DNA from: Macrostomum lignano
Taxonomy: Eukaryota
Assembly (NCBI GenBank): GCA_002269645.1
Contig: NIVC01000326.1
Location: 507,464 to 571,463 of the forward strand
Direction of reading: 5' to 3'
DNA length: 64,000 nucleotides
Positions 38,898 through 50,486 of this stretch are shown here, piece by piece. The notes under the pieces are model-generated. The model was not told the origin of the DNA, searched no databases, and saw only the letters and a list, made by a program, of their open reading frames with translations. A program made the translations under genes and the position numbers. How positions within the stretch are numbered: position 1 is the stretch's first letter; every line of letters starts with the position of its first letter.

Positions 38898-40022
38898 ATG
38901 TGGAATAACGACGACTACCTGGAACTACGTGGACGTCTCGTCGGACGACGGCGCAACGCAGGCGACGAGGCAGCTTCCGTTTCTACAGAGTCTACGAACG
39001 CGTCCAACCCCTTCGTGTCGATGACCACAGTCAGCGAAGCCACAAATCCCTTCCTCGTTGCCAACGACCTTCAGAGGGCACACTCGGCGGAAGTCTCAAC
39101 CAACCCGTTCCTTGAAGACATCGACCAAGCGTCAGGGCAGGCCTCAGCAATGCAGCAGTACGCCTATCCTCCAGCTCACGGATACGCAGCGCTGCCAGAC
39201 TACAATCCAGTACCGGCTCTTCCGCCAGTACCTAAGCCCGCACCGTACAACGGTCGGGAGGATTTCGACGACTTTCTCATCAGGATCAGCGCCTATATTA
39301 GCCGGTTCCCAGGCCTTCGAGACGCCGACAAGATCAACACCCTGACTGCGTTCCTCGGACCGGCCTTTGCAACGTACACCACCTGGCTGGCGATCCAGTG
39401 TGCCTACGTCGGACTGCCACCGGGGACAACCCTGGACCAGCTACCTGGTGTCCGCTATGAGGGCCTCGTTGAACACCTCCGGTCTCGTCACGGCGGGGCC
39501 AAGAGTGCAGCGCTACTTCGCCGCGAGTTCCGTGCTCGGCAGCGTCGACCAGAGGAGAGCTTCGAAACGTACCTGACGGAGCTTCAACGGCTAGCTGCAA
39601 GGGCATACCCGGACCCAAGAGCTCAGGCTTACGTCCAACAGACAGTTAGCGAGCAGTTCATGCATGGTCTCAATGACGGCTACGTCACCGAGCGACTACT
39701 GAATCAACCAACACCACCAAGCACTGTGGAGCAGGTTCTACGAATAGCCCAGCAGCTTCGAGAAACCCGGGCCTACATGGATGCTGGCCGTGGCGAAATC
39801 CAGCCCCAGCAACCGAGACCACCACAGAGCCAACTTTCAGCGCCACCGAAACCACTAATGCCTCAGCAGCCTGCCTCATCTGGCGGTCGAGGACAGCAAC
39901 GACAGCAATCACCGGCTAGTTCCAACTGTTTCGGCTGCGGTCAGCCGGGCCACATCCGACGCAATTGCCCAAACGCCGAGGGGGCTGGTTCACGAGGCCA
40001 GCACCGGCCCTCTCAGCACTAA
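38898..40022 (+). CDS. gag: Gag with CCHC zinc knuckle
   Basis: ATG at 38898; KPAPYNGREDFDDF capsid-like region; CFGCGQPGHIRRNC. Confidence 0.92.
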   Translation: MWNNDDYLELRGRLVGRRRNAGDEAASVSTESTNASNPFVSMTTVSEATNPFLVANDLQRAHSAEVSTNPFLEDIDQASGQASAMQQYAYPPAHGYAALPDYNPVPALPPVPKPAPYNGREDFDDFLIRISAYISRFPGLRDADKINTLTAFLGPAFATYTTWLAIQCAYVGLPPGTTLDQLPGVRYEGLVEHLRSRHGGAKSAALLRREFRARQRRPEESFETYLTELQRLAARAYPDPRAQAYVQQTVSEQFMHGLNDGYVTERLLNQPTPPSTVEQVLRIAQQLRETRAYMDAGRGEIQPQQPRPPQSQLSAPPKPLMPQQPASSGGRGQQRQQSPASSNCFGCGQPGHIRRNCPNAEGAGSRGQHRPSQH

Positions 40023-43000
40023 CGCATTCGGCCTCAACACCACGCCTCAGCAGCTGCCAGCCTGGCCAGGTGCGCTTCGTCACAGCCCGCATCCTTAGAC
40101 GACGGCGCCACTGTCTGATCGACACCGGGGCAGAGGTTTCCTGCATCAGCGATGACATATGCAAGAAAGCTAGGCGGCGGCTGCAGCCCAGCAGCATCAT
40201 CATAAGAGGCGTGGATGGCAACCTACAGTCTGTGCTGGGTGAGACTACTTTGGCAGTGACTCTGGGAACCGTACAAGTCCATCATCGTTTCGTCGTACTC
40301 GAGAAGCTTCACCCGACGTCCGTCATCCTGGGCTGTGACTTCCTCAGTGAACACGACGCCTCGGTCCATCTCCAAGCCGGTTGCATCACTTTCAACAGCC
40401 TAGGTGTGTCGATTCCAGCTCGAAAAAGTAAAGAGGCAGCACAGACCTGCAAGCTCGTATCAGCGGCCTCCGTGCAGCTGCAGCCAGGGGAGCGCTGGAT
40501 AATCCCCGTTAAGCCAGCACAGTCGGCCTCGTGGACGCGATCGGAGTGTCCAGGAGTCGTCACCGGCACAAGATCACAGGGGCTCCTTGTGGGTCGTTGC
40601 GTTGCCAAGCTGGTCGAGAGAGGCATGGGCCTAGCAGTCATCAACGTCGACGACCACACGGTCAACATCAGCGACGGCGACATTGTTGGCATCTTCTCCC
40701 CGTTAGGAAGTCAGCCATTCGTTCAGCAATCGGGTGCCGCTGGCAGCACGGCGGCGACGGCCGCTGGCAGCACGGCGGCGACGGCCGCTGGCAGCACGGC
40801 GGCGACGGCCGCTGGCAGCACGGCGGCGACGGCCGCTGGCAGCACGGCGGCGACGGCCGCTGGCAGCACGGCGGCGACGGCCGCTGGCAGCACGGCGGCG
40901 ACGGCCGCTGGCAGCACGGCGGCGACGGCCGCTGGCAGCACGGCGGCGACGGCCGCTGGCAGCACGGCGGCGACGGCCGCTGGCAGCACGGCGGCGACGA
41001 CCGCTGGCAGCACGGCGGCGACGGCCGCTGGCAGCACGGCGGCGACGGCCGCTGGCAGCACGGCGGCGACGGCCGCTGGCAGCACGGCGGCGACGGTCGC
41101 GGGCAGCACGGCTACATCAACAACAGCTTTAGCGACAGAGTTACCTCGCACCGACTGGTTGAACGACGTGCACATCGAAAGCTCCATCTCCGTCGAAGAG
41201 CAACAGTCGGTCAAGGATCTGCTGTTAGAGTTCAGCACCGTTTTTGCATCCCCTGGCAACGCTGGTCGAACTGCAGTCCTGCAGCATCGCATCGACACCG
41301 GCGGGGCAAGGCCGATCCGGCAGGGTTTGCGGCGTGCAGCGCGTCCAGTCATCGACAAGCAGGCCGAATTGATCGACGACATGCTGACCAAGGAGTAATC
41401 CGGCCGTCTTCATCGCCTTGGGCTTCGCCAATCGTGCTTGTGCGTAAGAAGGACGGGACAGCGCGCTTTTGCTTAGACTATCGACTGCTCAATGAGGTCA
41501 CCAAGCCGGACGCTTTTCCAATTCCGAGGATCGACGACACACTCGATGCGCTGCAAGGCAACGCCTACTTTTCGGCACTCGATCTGGAAAGTGGCTACTG
41601 GCAGGTTGAGGTCGAGGAGCGTGACAAAGAAAAAACTGCCTTCATCTGCCATCAAGGCCTCTTCGAGTTCAACGTCATGCCGTTTGGTCTGCGCAATGCC
41701 CCGGCAACCTTTCAACGCCTCATGCAGCTGGTGCTCCAAGGCCTGACCTGGCAAGCGTGCCTGGTCTTCATCGACGACGTTATCGTCATGGGCCGGACTA
41801 TCGAGGAGCACAACTATCGGCTGCGGGCGGTATTCGAGCGGCTGCGGGACGCGAACCTACGCTTGAAGCCATCTAAATGCCATTTCGCCAACACCACGAT
41901 GATCGTCTTGGGCCATCGAGTTTCCAAGTCGGGTATCACCGTCGACGAGTCAAAGACTGCTGCGATCCGAGACTGGCCTACACCCCGAACTTCCAAGGAG
42001 GTCAAGAGCTTCCTAGGTCTCGCAGCCTACTATAGACGGTTCATTCGGGATTATTCAAAGATCGCCGAGCCGCTACGACGCCTGACGGTTCCGACAGAAA
42101 GGTTTCAGTGGACGCCCAAGGCCCAAGAAGCATTCGACCAACTGAAGGCAGCACTGACCTCTGCTCCGATTCTCGCCTTCCCGGATACTAGTGCGACCAG
42201 CTCGGAGTTCATTCTGGACACTGACGCCAGCGACTGCGCCATTGGTGCGGTACTCTCTCAACTGCAGGCGGGCGAAGAACGAGTCATCGCGTACTCCAGC
42301 AGAGCACTAACAAAAGCCGAGCGCAACTACTGTGTAACGAGGCGGGAGCTGCTGTCCGTCGTTGAGCATGTCAGGAAGTTCCGGAATTACCTGCTGCCTC
42401 GGAAGTTCACCGTGCGGGTCGATCATCAGTCTCTAACGCACCTGCTGACATTCAAGGAGCCCGAAGGTCAACTCGCGCGGTGGCTGCAGACGCTAGACGA
42501 GTTCGACTTCAGAGTACTCTATCGGCCGGGCCGTCAACACAACAACGCCGATGCGCTGTCCCGTCAGCAGCAGCGCTGTACCAACCAGTGTCGGGTGTGT
42601 CGACCAACAAATGAGACCACCAGCAGGACGACATCCTCGGTTGCCTGCCAGACCGACGCCAACAGTGATGCCGCCGCTGCCGCCCAGATCAACGCAGCGA
42701 CCATCAAGCTAGTGTCGACGGCTACCGACGAAGCTGTTCAGACCGACAATGTGCATGTCTGCGTCGGCACCGTGCCATCAAGGCGCAAGCAAATCCATCA
42801 GCCCCGGTCGGACGACAGCGAAGAAAGCAGCAGCAGCGAGGACGACACCAACGAAGATGAATCCGCAGCGCCAGCGGCAGACAACAGGCCACCGACGCTA
42901 CGTATGCTTCAGCTGCAGGATCCGGTTATCAGTCCGGTGTTCCGACTGCTGGCCGACGGCAAGACTAGGTTTACCGACCGACAACGCGACCGAGTACCGC

Positions 43001-44247
43001 CGGAGAGCCTGGTGCTGGCGCAGAAGGTGCATGACTTGTGTTTCGTGAACGGTACACTGCACAGGCTGGTCAACACAAAGCCAGTACCCGTCATTCCCCG
43101 CTGCCGACAACGCGAATTTGTCGACGAGATTCACAACGTCGGCCACCTGGGCGAAGTCAAGACGCTGGCCAGCCTAAAGACGCGTTGCTACTGGCCAAAA
43201 ATGTCGGAGAGCGTCCGGTTGGCCGTTCGGTCATGCCAGGTTTGCCAGCGGGCAAAGACTCCGGTTATCAAGCGGGCGCCGCTACAGTCCATCACTGCAG
43301 GGTTTCCAATGCAGCGTGTCGGGTTCGACATTGTCAAGGTCGGCGCTTCCAGAAACGGCAACGATCGGATCCTGACCATCGTCGACTACTTCAGCAAGTG
43401 GACGGAGCTGGTGCCGATTCCGGACGAGAAGGCGACGACAATTGCCAAGGCCCTCTTCAACAACTGGATCTCCAGGTGGGGTGCTCCGCATATTCTCCAC
43501 TCCGACCGCGGCAAGAGCATCGATGGCCGTATCATTCGCAGTCTCTGTACACTACTGGAGGTCGACAAGACTCGAACATCGGGCTATCATCCTCAATGTG
43601 ACGGTCTCGTGGAGAGATTTCATCGGACACTCCATCAGATGTTGCGCTGCCACCTTCAAACTGTCGATCCGCTGGACTGGGAGGACGCCCTGCCGTACTG
43701 TCTCCTAGCCTATCGAAGCAGCATCAGCGCGACGACCGGATTTTCCCCACATTTCCTGATGACGGGCCGGGAGGTGGTTCTGCCATTGGACGTTGTCTAT
43801 CGGTCCCCAGAGCCTCCATCCGTCGTCGGCCAGTACGCAGTAGAGACCATTCAACGACTGCAGGACGCCTTTGACGCTGTGCGGAGGTCAACTGGCGCGG
43901 CTCAACGACGGAAGAAGCGGTACTACGATCTGAAAGCCCAGAAGCGCAAGTTTCGCACCGGCGACCTAGTGTGGCTGTTCGTTCCGCCTGCTGTGCTGTC
44001 CAGGACCAACTGTCTGCCTCCGAAGCATCAATCACCGTGGACAGGCCCATTTAAAGTCATGCGCAAGACATCACCTGTCAACTACTTGGTGCGGCCGATC
44101 AATTACACGGACGGGGAGATCAAGGGGCGCGTCGTGCATGTCAACAAGTTGAAGCGAGCGTGTCTGCAACGGACCCAGTCTGCTCAGCGTGCTGATCAGG
44201 ACGCCAGTAGTGACGATGAAGGGCAACTTGTTGACGCTGAGGACTGA
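39965..44247 (+). CDS. pol: Pol (protease, RT, RNase H, integrase) in the -1 frame relative to gag; 1-bp deletion frameshift at about 41393
   Basis: LIDTGA; SPWASPIVLVRKKDG, RFCLDYR, MPFGLRNAPATFQR, FIDD; DTDASD; H..GH...C..C; GFDIV, HSDRG, GLVERFHRT; GPF motif. Restoring one G gives AAG GGA GTA ATC (KGVI). Confidence 0.93.
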
Positions 44248-44489
44248 CTAACGCAGATTGAGGACTGACTGACTGGTATTAGCCAACAATTTTGCTTTAT
44301 AGGTCGTAGGTCTAGGACTTTTTAATAGCGTCAATCTATTAGCTTAGCAATCCTGATTTAGATTTAATTGTCGAAAACCGGTTATCTCGAATTGTTCTAT
44401 TAGCTATCAGCTGGTTCTGTTCTTCCCTATTGGAGTAGCTTTCATCTGTCGTTTCCACCCCTTGGGTTTAATGAGGGCATTAAACTGTT

Positions 44490-44499
44490 GAAAGGGGAG
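44490..44499 (+). promoter_or_regulatory. Polypurine tract GAAAGGGGAG
   Basis: Lies 4 nt before the 3' LTR. Confidence 0.8.
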
Positions 44500-44503
44500 C
44501 TTT

Positions 44504-44843
44504 TGTAATAGTGCTCAATTTGCGTGCGCGTGCACTTCTAGTGTTTTCGGATGTTTTCTCCGTATTTCTTTCTGCGTCACCCCACCCCTGCGTATAGCCT
44601 TTTCTAGAAATTTCTTTTTGTTTCTGATTGGCTGAAAACGCGTGAATAACGAGCCCCAACCAATAGAGTGCTTAGTACCTACCCTATCGACGAAATCCGA
44701 TTGGTTAGGATTTTCTAAGCTGCGTTTTTCTAAGCTGCATCGCGGTCAGTCTATTTAATCAAGCAAGCTGGAACGCAAATAAATCAAGTTTTTCTCTGAC
44801 TAAAGAAGTCCCGGCAGTTAAAACTCAAGAATACGCGGCTACA
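44504..44843 (+). repeat. 3' LTR
   Basis: Matches the 5' LTR except one T/C difference. Confidence 0.97.
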
Positions 44844-45038
44844 CTTTTATAAACTCATCATAAATAATTGCATACAAATCCCCACTTTTTTCCATTTGCT
44901 GTCATTGTTCGTTTCCCACGTCTATCGCCTGTTCAATCCCCCTTCCTTTCCATGGTCTGATTTTGTCCCTTCCCTGTTTTTCGCTGTCCCTCGTTTGAAT
45001 TTTTGTTTATCCGCGCGTTGACTTAGAGGCTTTTCAAT

Positions 45039-45300
45039 GGGCCTTTTCATATTACCAATTCCAGAATCAGAATCGGTTCGGATCTTCCAAGAAAAACAGC
45101 AGTATAACTATTTAATTCTATTGAATGTTTGACTGCCTTAACAACCTCACTTAGCACAATTTTTCACTTTCTTCTTGGCGAATGTCATTCAATAATAAAA
45201 ACTTTATAGCACGTATCTCCCTCTAGTTATGGAAACAAAAAGTTATACTTCACAAATTGGTTCTGGTTCTGAAACCAGAACAAGCAATATGAAAAGGCCC
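45039..45300. mobile_element. About 262-bp MITE with perfect 15-bp TIR GGGCCTTTTCATATT (Harbinger/Tourist-like, tentative)
   Basis: TIRs at 45039-45053 and 45286-45300, with partial inner inverted similarity. No clean TSD. Confidence 0.5.
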
Positions 45301-45643
45301 TTAGTGTTTTTGAGCCGTGTCCATCCCGTGAATTTGCTGCCCAATGCTCTGCCCAACGCGTGTCTCCATCGTTTGTATGTTTTTTAAACCGCTGTCCCGA
45401 GCCCTGCCTTTCCTCATACGGCTCGCTCTCTCTCTCTCCCTTGCCGTTCCGTTTACCTTTCCTCCTTTAGCAAATTGTTCGTTTAATAACCGAGTCGATC
45501 TATTTAGTTCATTGACTAGTTTATCGCTCTCCTAATTCAGCACCCCAGTGCCGCTCGCGAAGTCATCTTTGTTGTTTTATTTTATTCAGCGATTAGCCTG
45601 AGTAGACGGCATGAGGGGGCTTCTGGGACAAAATTTTTCACCT

Positions 45644-46756
45644 CCTCCATAATCCACCTAAATCCATCCATATTATCCCTGACAGAATCAGAAAAAAAGG
45701 GGGGTCGCACTCGCTAACAAAACGTCCTCCATAATCCACCTAAATCCATCCATATTATCCCTGACAGAATCAGAAAAAAAGGGGGGTCGCACTCGCTAAC
45801 AAAACGTCCTCCATAATCCACCTAAATCCATCCATATTATCCCTGACAGAATCATAAAAAAAGGGGGTTCGCACTCGCTAACAAAACGTCCTCCATAATC
45901 CACCTAAATCCATCCATATTATCCCTGACAGAATCAGAAAAAAAGGGGGGTCGCACTCGCTAACAAAACGTCCTCCATAATCCCATTAAATCCATCCATA
46001 TTATCCCTGACAGAATCAGAAAAAAGGGGGGTCGCACCTGCTCACAAAACATCGTCCATAATCCCATTAAATCCATCCATATTATCCCCGACAGAATAAA
46101 AAAAAAGGGGGTCGCACTCGCTCACAAAACATCCTCCATAATCCTATTAAATCCCTCCATATTATCCTTGACAGAATAAGAAAAAAAGGGGGGTCGCACC
46201 CGCTCACAAAACGTCCTCCATAATCCCATTAAATCTATCTATATTATCCCCGACAGAATCTTGAAAAAGGGGAGGGGTTGCACTTGATCCGAAAACTTTA
46301 ATCCCATTAAATCCATCCATATTATGACTGACAGAATATGGGAATATGGGTCCACTGACACCTGTTATGCTCACTGACACTGACATAATCCACTGACATC
46401 CACCCATAGCATCTTCGAAACAATCAGAAAAAAATATGCATTCTTCTCCCCACATTCAATTCGCAACATGAAACCAGATCCCTAAAACTTTAAACCCCCT
46501 AACCCAGGGTCCTTACCCTTTGAAAAAAAAATTAAATTTTCTCTAAAAATGTTTCCAGTTGTCTCTCCAGGTTCTTATTACAAAGCGCACGAGCCTAATT
46601 ACAAGAGTAAGTACCGATGCAAACTAGAATGCAGCGAGTACATGAGAAAATATTGGCCCGACGTTGATATCAATGTCCCTAATATTAATCTAGCTCTCCA
46701 AAGACACTGGTTTCATAAGTATGGAGTAACCTACGTAAAAGATTACGACAGCTACT
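45644..46756. repeat. Left TIR: about 8 copies of an 82-bp unit plus a roughly 450-bp non-array inner part
   Basis: Reverse complement of the 61928-onward region; inner boundary at GACAGCTACT. Confidence 0.93.
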
Positions 46757-46803
46757 GTGACGTAGCGAGTTCGAGATGTAGTCAGCGATTAATTAATTAT
46801 TAG
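46549..46803 (+). CDS. 84-aa hypothetical protein starting inside the left TIR
   Basis: AAAAATG start like other viral ORFs; a mirrored, frameshifted copy lies in the right TIR. Confidence 0.4.
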   Translation: MFPVVSPGSYYKAHEPNYKSKYRCKLECSEYMRKYWPDVDINVPNINLALQRHWFHKYGVTYVKDYDSYCDVASSRCSQRLINY

Positions 46804-47186
46804 TTGTTTATTTATTAGTTATTTATTTATTGGTTAGCTAGTTCAGTTATTAGTAGTGTTGACACGCATGGTACGAGACAAAATGCCGAGTTGAGGAGAG
46901 TACAAAAAACGAGCGCGAGGTAACAATTTAAATTGTCAAGATGTCTATCAAAAAAGTAATAACAACTTGGACTGAAATAAATAAAACTTCAAGTACATTT
47001 TTTTTCTAAATAAATTACATTGAATTAATAGCTGGGAAACCTGCAAATTAATCAACTACAATAATTTGAAGTAATAAAAACTCAGATAGAAACTAAAAAT
47101 TTAAGATGCTAACGACATCGTCACAGCTACTATAACTTTGCAGAAATAATTAGGCAATTGCGTTAGGCGTGTGAAAGTACTAACAT

Positions 47187-47575
47187 TTAAAAATGGCCCC
47201 ACTGGTAGCCATTCTAAGCGTTCTCATTGGTTGATAAGATTATACTAAAGAGAGAGTGGAAATGACTTGTTACTAAAAATAACTCAAGACAGATATTGCG
47301 ATCGTGTCAATTTAAAATTGGCTGGCCCCACTGGTAGCCATTCTAAGCGTTCTCATTGGTTGATAAGATTATACTAAAGAGAGAGTGGAAATGACTTGTT
47401 ACTAAAAATAACTCAAGACTGCTAATACGGTCGTATTTAAAATTGGCTGGCCCCACTGGTAGCCATTCTAAGCGTTCTCATTGGTTGATAAGATTATACT
47501 AAAGAGAGAGTGGAAATGACTTGTTACTAAAAATAACTCAAGACTGATATTGCGATCGTCTCAATTTAAAATTGG
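47187..47575. repeat. Three tandem copies of a 125-129-bp unit with ATTGG (CCAAT) boxes
   Basis: CCCCACTGGTAGCC at 47197, 47326 and 47451. Confidence 0.9.
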
Positions 47576-47596
47576 CTAAGTCATAACCCGTAACCG

Positions 47597-48235
47597 TCAC
47601 TGTCTCCACATCGCCGCATCCGCCTGGTAGCGAACCTCGTCCCGAATGAGCTTCATATTTTCCAGAACGAAGCTAACTGGTACGGCGCAGCGTTGTAAGG
47701 CCGGAAATTCTGTCAATAAGTCGTACACTCTCAACTTCTTGTCCAAAGTCTGCCTCGATACTTGTAGATTAAGCCGTCGAATTATATTCCGAACCGACTT
47801 TAGTGTACGTTTGAGCCGGTGAATGATGGAGCCGATGTAAAATGACACAATTAATGTGCGCTTATCATAAAAATTCTCATGCTGAAATAATTCCACCAGC
47901 ATGTTCTGTACAGTGGGTAGAACAGTGGGTAGATGACGAAAGTTCAACGCGTGCATACTTTCCTCGATAACTGATAGCTCCCTTGTTGGCGCTTGAACTT
48001 CGACTCCATACGAAGCACGAAGGCGCTGGAAAACAGCAGCTACTCGTGCTTCGTAGGTGGAAATATCGCGTTGGGTTTGTCCTTCCATGCGAGCCAAATC
48101 GTGCTGTATTTCCTCTTCTTTGAAATTTTCAAACAATTGTTGGAGTCCATCTCTCTGCTCTAAAGGTGTTAAATTAATCAAATCGTTCACAAATGCGTTA
48201 AGTCGAGCGGTTCTAACTGTAATTCTTTCAGCCAT
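47597..48235 (-). CDS. 212-aa hypothetical Polinton protein, helical, possible C-terminal HTH-like domain
   Basis: Intact non-repetitive ORF; basic amphipathic C-half (IRRLNLQVSRQTLDKKLRVYDLLTEFPAL). Confidence 0.6.
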   Translation of the reverse strand: MAERITVRTARLNAFVNDLINLTPLEQRDGLQQLFENFKEEEIQHDLARMEGQTQRDISTYEARVAAVFQRLRASYGVEVQAPTRELSVIEESMHALNFRHLPTVLPTVQNMLVELFQHENFYDKRTLIVSFYIGSIIHRLKRTLKSVRNIIRRLNLQVSRQTLDKKLRVYDLLTEFPALQRCAVPVSFVLENMKLIRDEVRYQADAAMWRQ

Positions 48236-48901
48236 TGCGTTTTCTAATAGGAATTGAGTGAAGAGGGCTGGCTGGCTTCCGCCTTTACTTAAAAACCGTC
48301 ATGTAGGGTTTGAGGTGGTAGTGGTTGCTGCGCCGCGCCAATATTTTGGCAATTGGAAAGGAAAGCCGTCTCCACACTAGGTAGTCTTTCGTGCTATGAA
48401 CTGACTGGTTGATTGGGGTTGCCAAAGCGGAAAGGAAAGCATGCGTGGAAGTTGTACATTCGCAAAATCGATTAAAAGGCTACGCTCCTTAAGCAAATAG
48501 CAGTCGATCAACCACATAACCTCTCTCTGCTTCTCAACTTTTCAAATGCAGCTGTTGCGTTCGGCCAGGGCTGAGAATAATAGTTAAACCCTTCCCGACT
48601 CAAACGCCTCTCTCTACCCCCCCATATCTTCATACCGTAGAGACCAACTAGGCGGGCCACATTCCGAGGCCAAATCGGCGGGCCGAGGCCAACTAGGCGG
48701 GCCAACTGGCCTCACAATTAGGCAAATAATCAATATCAATCAAACATACACAGTCCATGCATGCTAATGGCGGCGAAGCGGTTGACTTTTTATTTTCTGC
48801 TCTTAGCTCTCTGGAGAATGAGAATCTCTCTTGTGCGCAACTCTTTAGGGAATAAAAAACTGTACTTACTCAAATCCACACTTGCTGATGCCCTTCCCGA
48901 T

Positions 48902-49402
48902 TCAAGCGCCCCTTTCTACCCCCAGCTCTTTCAGCAGTCTTCCTAGTACCTTGTGAGGTGCGCACAAAATAAACCCGGCTCCCGTGCGTTCGCCCTCTCT
49001 CCCCGTGCACTCGCCCTCTCTCCCCAAACACCCGCCCTCGGCGTACACCCCCAACCCCAGTTTTGTCTTACTAAAAATAACAGCTTTAACTAGCTTCCGA
49101 GCGATCGACTCACGAAATCCGCTTGAAGCCCCTATATTGTCTAGTCTCTTAAGCATTTCTTTGTCCCAACGATTCTTCTCCTCAGGAAAATCTCTATATT
49201 TAACGTCATGCCACATGCAGACAGAGTCTAGCTCATTCACAGGCTCATGCCCAGGATTTGGGTTGTTGTTTCCATCCAGCTGTATTTCAAGTGGATTCAA
49301 AGGCCCGCAATATTTATAGCCGGGAAGTGTCCAGCCTTTGTTTGGATGAGGAAGCTTTTCTATCAGTCCATGTGAATCTAACTTACCACCAGAGCGCTGC
49401 AT
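48902..49402 (-). CDS. Parvovirus-VP1-type phospholipase A2 protein
   Basis: LPGYKYCGP (calcium-binding loop), PVNELDSVCMWHDVKY (catalytic HD..Y); AATAATG start at 49402. Confidence 0.88.
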   Translation of the reverse strand: MQRSGGKLDSHGLIEKLPHPNKGWTLPGYKYCGPLNPLEIQLDGNNNPNPGHEPVNELDSVCMWHDVKYRDFPEEKNRWDKEMLKRLDNIGASSGFRESIARKLVKAVIFSKTKLGLGVYAEGGCLGREGECTGREGERTGAGFILCAPHKVLGRLLKELGVERGA

Positions 49403-49432
49403 TATTTTATTTAAAATTTTCTTTTTAAATAA

Positions 49433-50470
49433 ATGACAGATCAGAAACTTAAAAAACTCTACTACAGCGACAAAGGATTCTTTGTAGGCAAAAATGCCGT
49501 TAGTAAACTCATGGAGCTGAGTAAGGAACCAAAAGCTACAGTAGAAAAATGGCTCTCTAAGCAGGCTGTCTTTCAAGTCTATTTCCCACCAGTAAAATTT
49601 GAAAGGCCCCATTTCAGTATTTATAAACCTAATGAAGCGCACCAAGCAGATCTTTTGTTTCTCCCCAATGACTCAGGCTACAAGTATGCTCTTACAATTA
49701 TTGACATTGCTTCCAGATATAAGGAAGCTCGCCCACTCAAGACGAAGAAGTCAGAGGTTGTTGCCAGCGCACTGCAAGATATTTATAAAAACTCTCCGCT
49801 CACATACCCCCAAATCTTTATGACCGACCCGGGTAAGGAATTCATGGGTGTAGTGAAATCCCTTATGGAAAAGAAAAACACAGAGATTCGCTATGGCAGA
49901 ACAAACTTGCACAGAGACCAGGCTTTTGTGGAAAGATTCAATCTAACTCTAGCCAAGAGACTATTCACTAAGCAGACAGCGCAAGAACTCAAACTGAGTG
50001 CGGGGCAGTACTATACCAAGTGGACAGAAAGACTCCCCACTGTTATAGAGCAACTGAACAATGAAGTCACACGCATGACTGGATTGAAACCATCCCATGC
50101 AATTAAACAAGACACTGTCGAACTTAAGGCATCTCATAGAACAGACAACAACACGACAACCCCACACAACACACACAACACAAAACACACCTCGAACTAC
50201 CCTAAGCTTCCAGGAGTTGAATCACCATACATACTGACAAACTCTGAGTTTCTACGCTTTTTATATCTACCTGGAGAGCTAGAGAAGGACACCAAAAGAA
50301 GAGCTACAGATCCATACTTCAGCCTTGATGTGCATAAAATAGACAGACATTTTACCTCCGACTCCGGTGACTATTACTTTTTATCTCAAGCCTTTAACCC
50401 TAAATCCCCCACGCGGTCATTCACTAGAGCTGAACTCCTAGTGATACCAGCTGACACAGAAATTAATTAA
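49433..50470 (+). CDS. Retroviral-type DDE integrase
   Basis: HQADLLF, IIDIASRY, MTDPGKEF, VERFNLTL; intact 345 aa. Confidence 0.93.
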   Translation: MTDQKLKKLYYSDKGFFVGKNAVSKLMELSKEPKATVEKWLSKQAVFQVYFPPVKFERPHFSIYKPNEAHQADLLFLPNDSGYKYALTIIDIASRYKEARPLKTKKSEVVASALQDIYKNSPLTYPQIFMTDPGKEFMGVVKSLMEKKNTEIRYGRTNLHRDQAFVERFNLTLAKRLFTKQTAQELKLSAGQYYTKWTERLPTVIEQLNNEVTRMTGLKPSHAIKQDTVELKASHRTDNNTTTPHNTHNTKHTSNYPKLPGVESPYILTNSEFLRFLYLPGELEKDTKRRATDPYFSLDVHKIDRHFTSDSGDYYFLSQAFNPKSPTRSFTRAELLVIPADTEIN

Positions 50471-50486
50471 AATATTAAAATAAAAA

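Larger units (their letters stand above)
38534..44843 (+). mobile_element. Full-length Ty3/Gypsy LTR retrotransposon, recent insertion, 4-bp TSD CTTT
   Basis: 340-bp LTRs TGTA...TACA with one visible mismatch; TSD at 38530-33 and 44844-47; PBS, PPT, gag, and PR-RT-RH-IN domain order. Confidence 0.97.

Noticed and set aside
40723-44050. Antisense and alternate-frame ORFs within Gypsy pol
   Set aside because: They are shadows of a GC-rich coding sequence and of the 24-bp repeat.
46460-46520. Telomere-like CCCTAA snippets in the TIR
   Set aside because: They are isolated degenerate hexamers with no tandem array.
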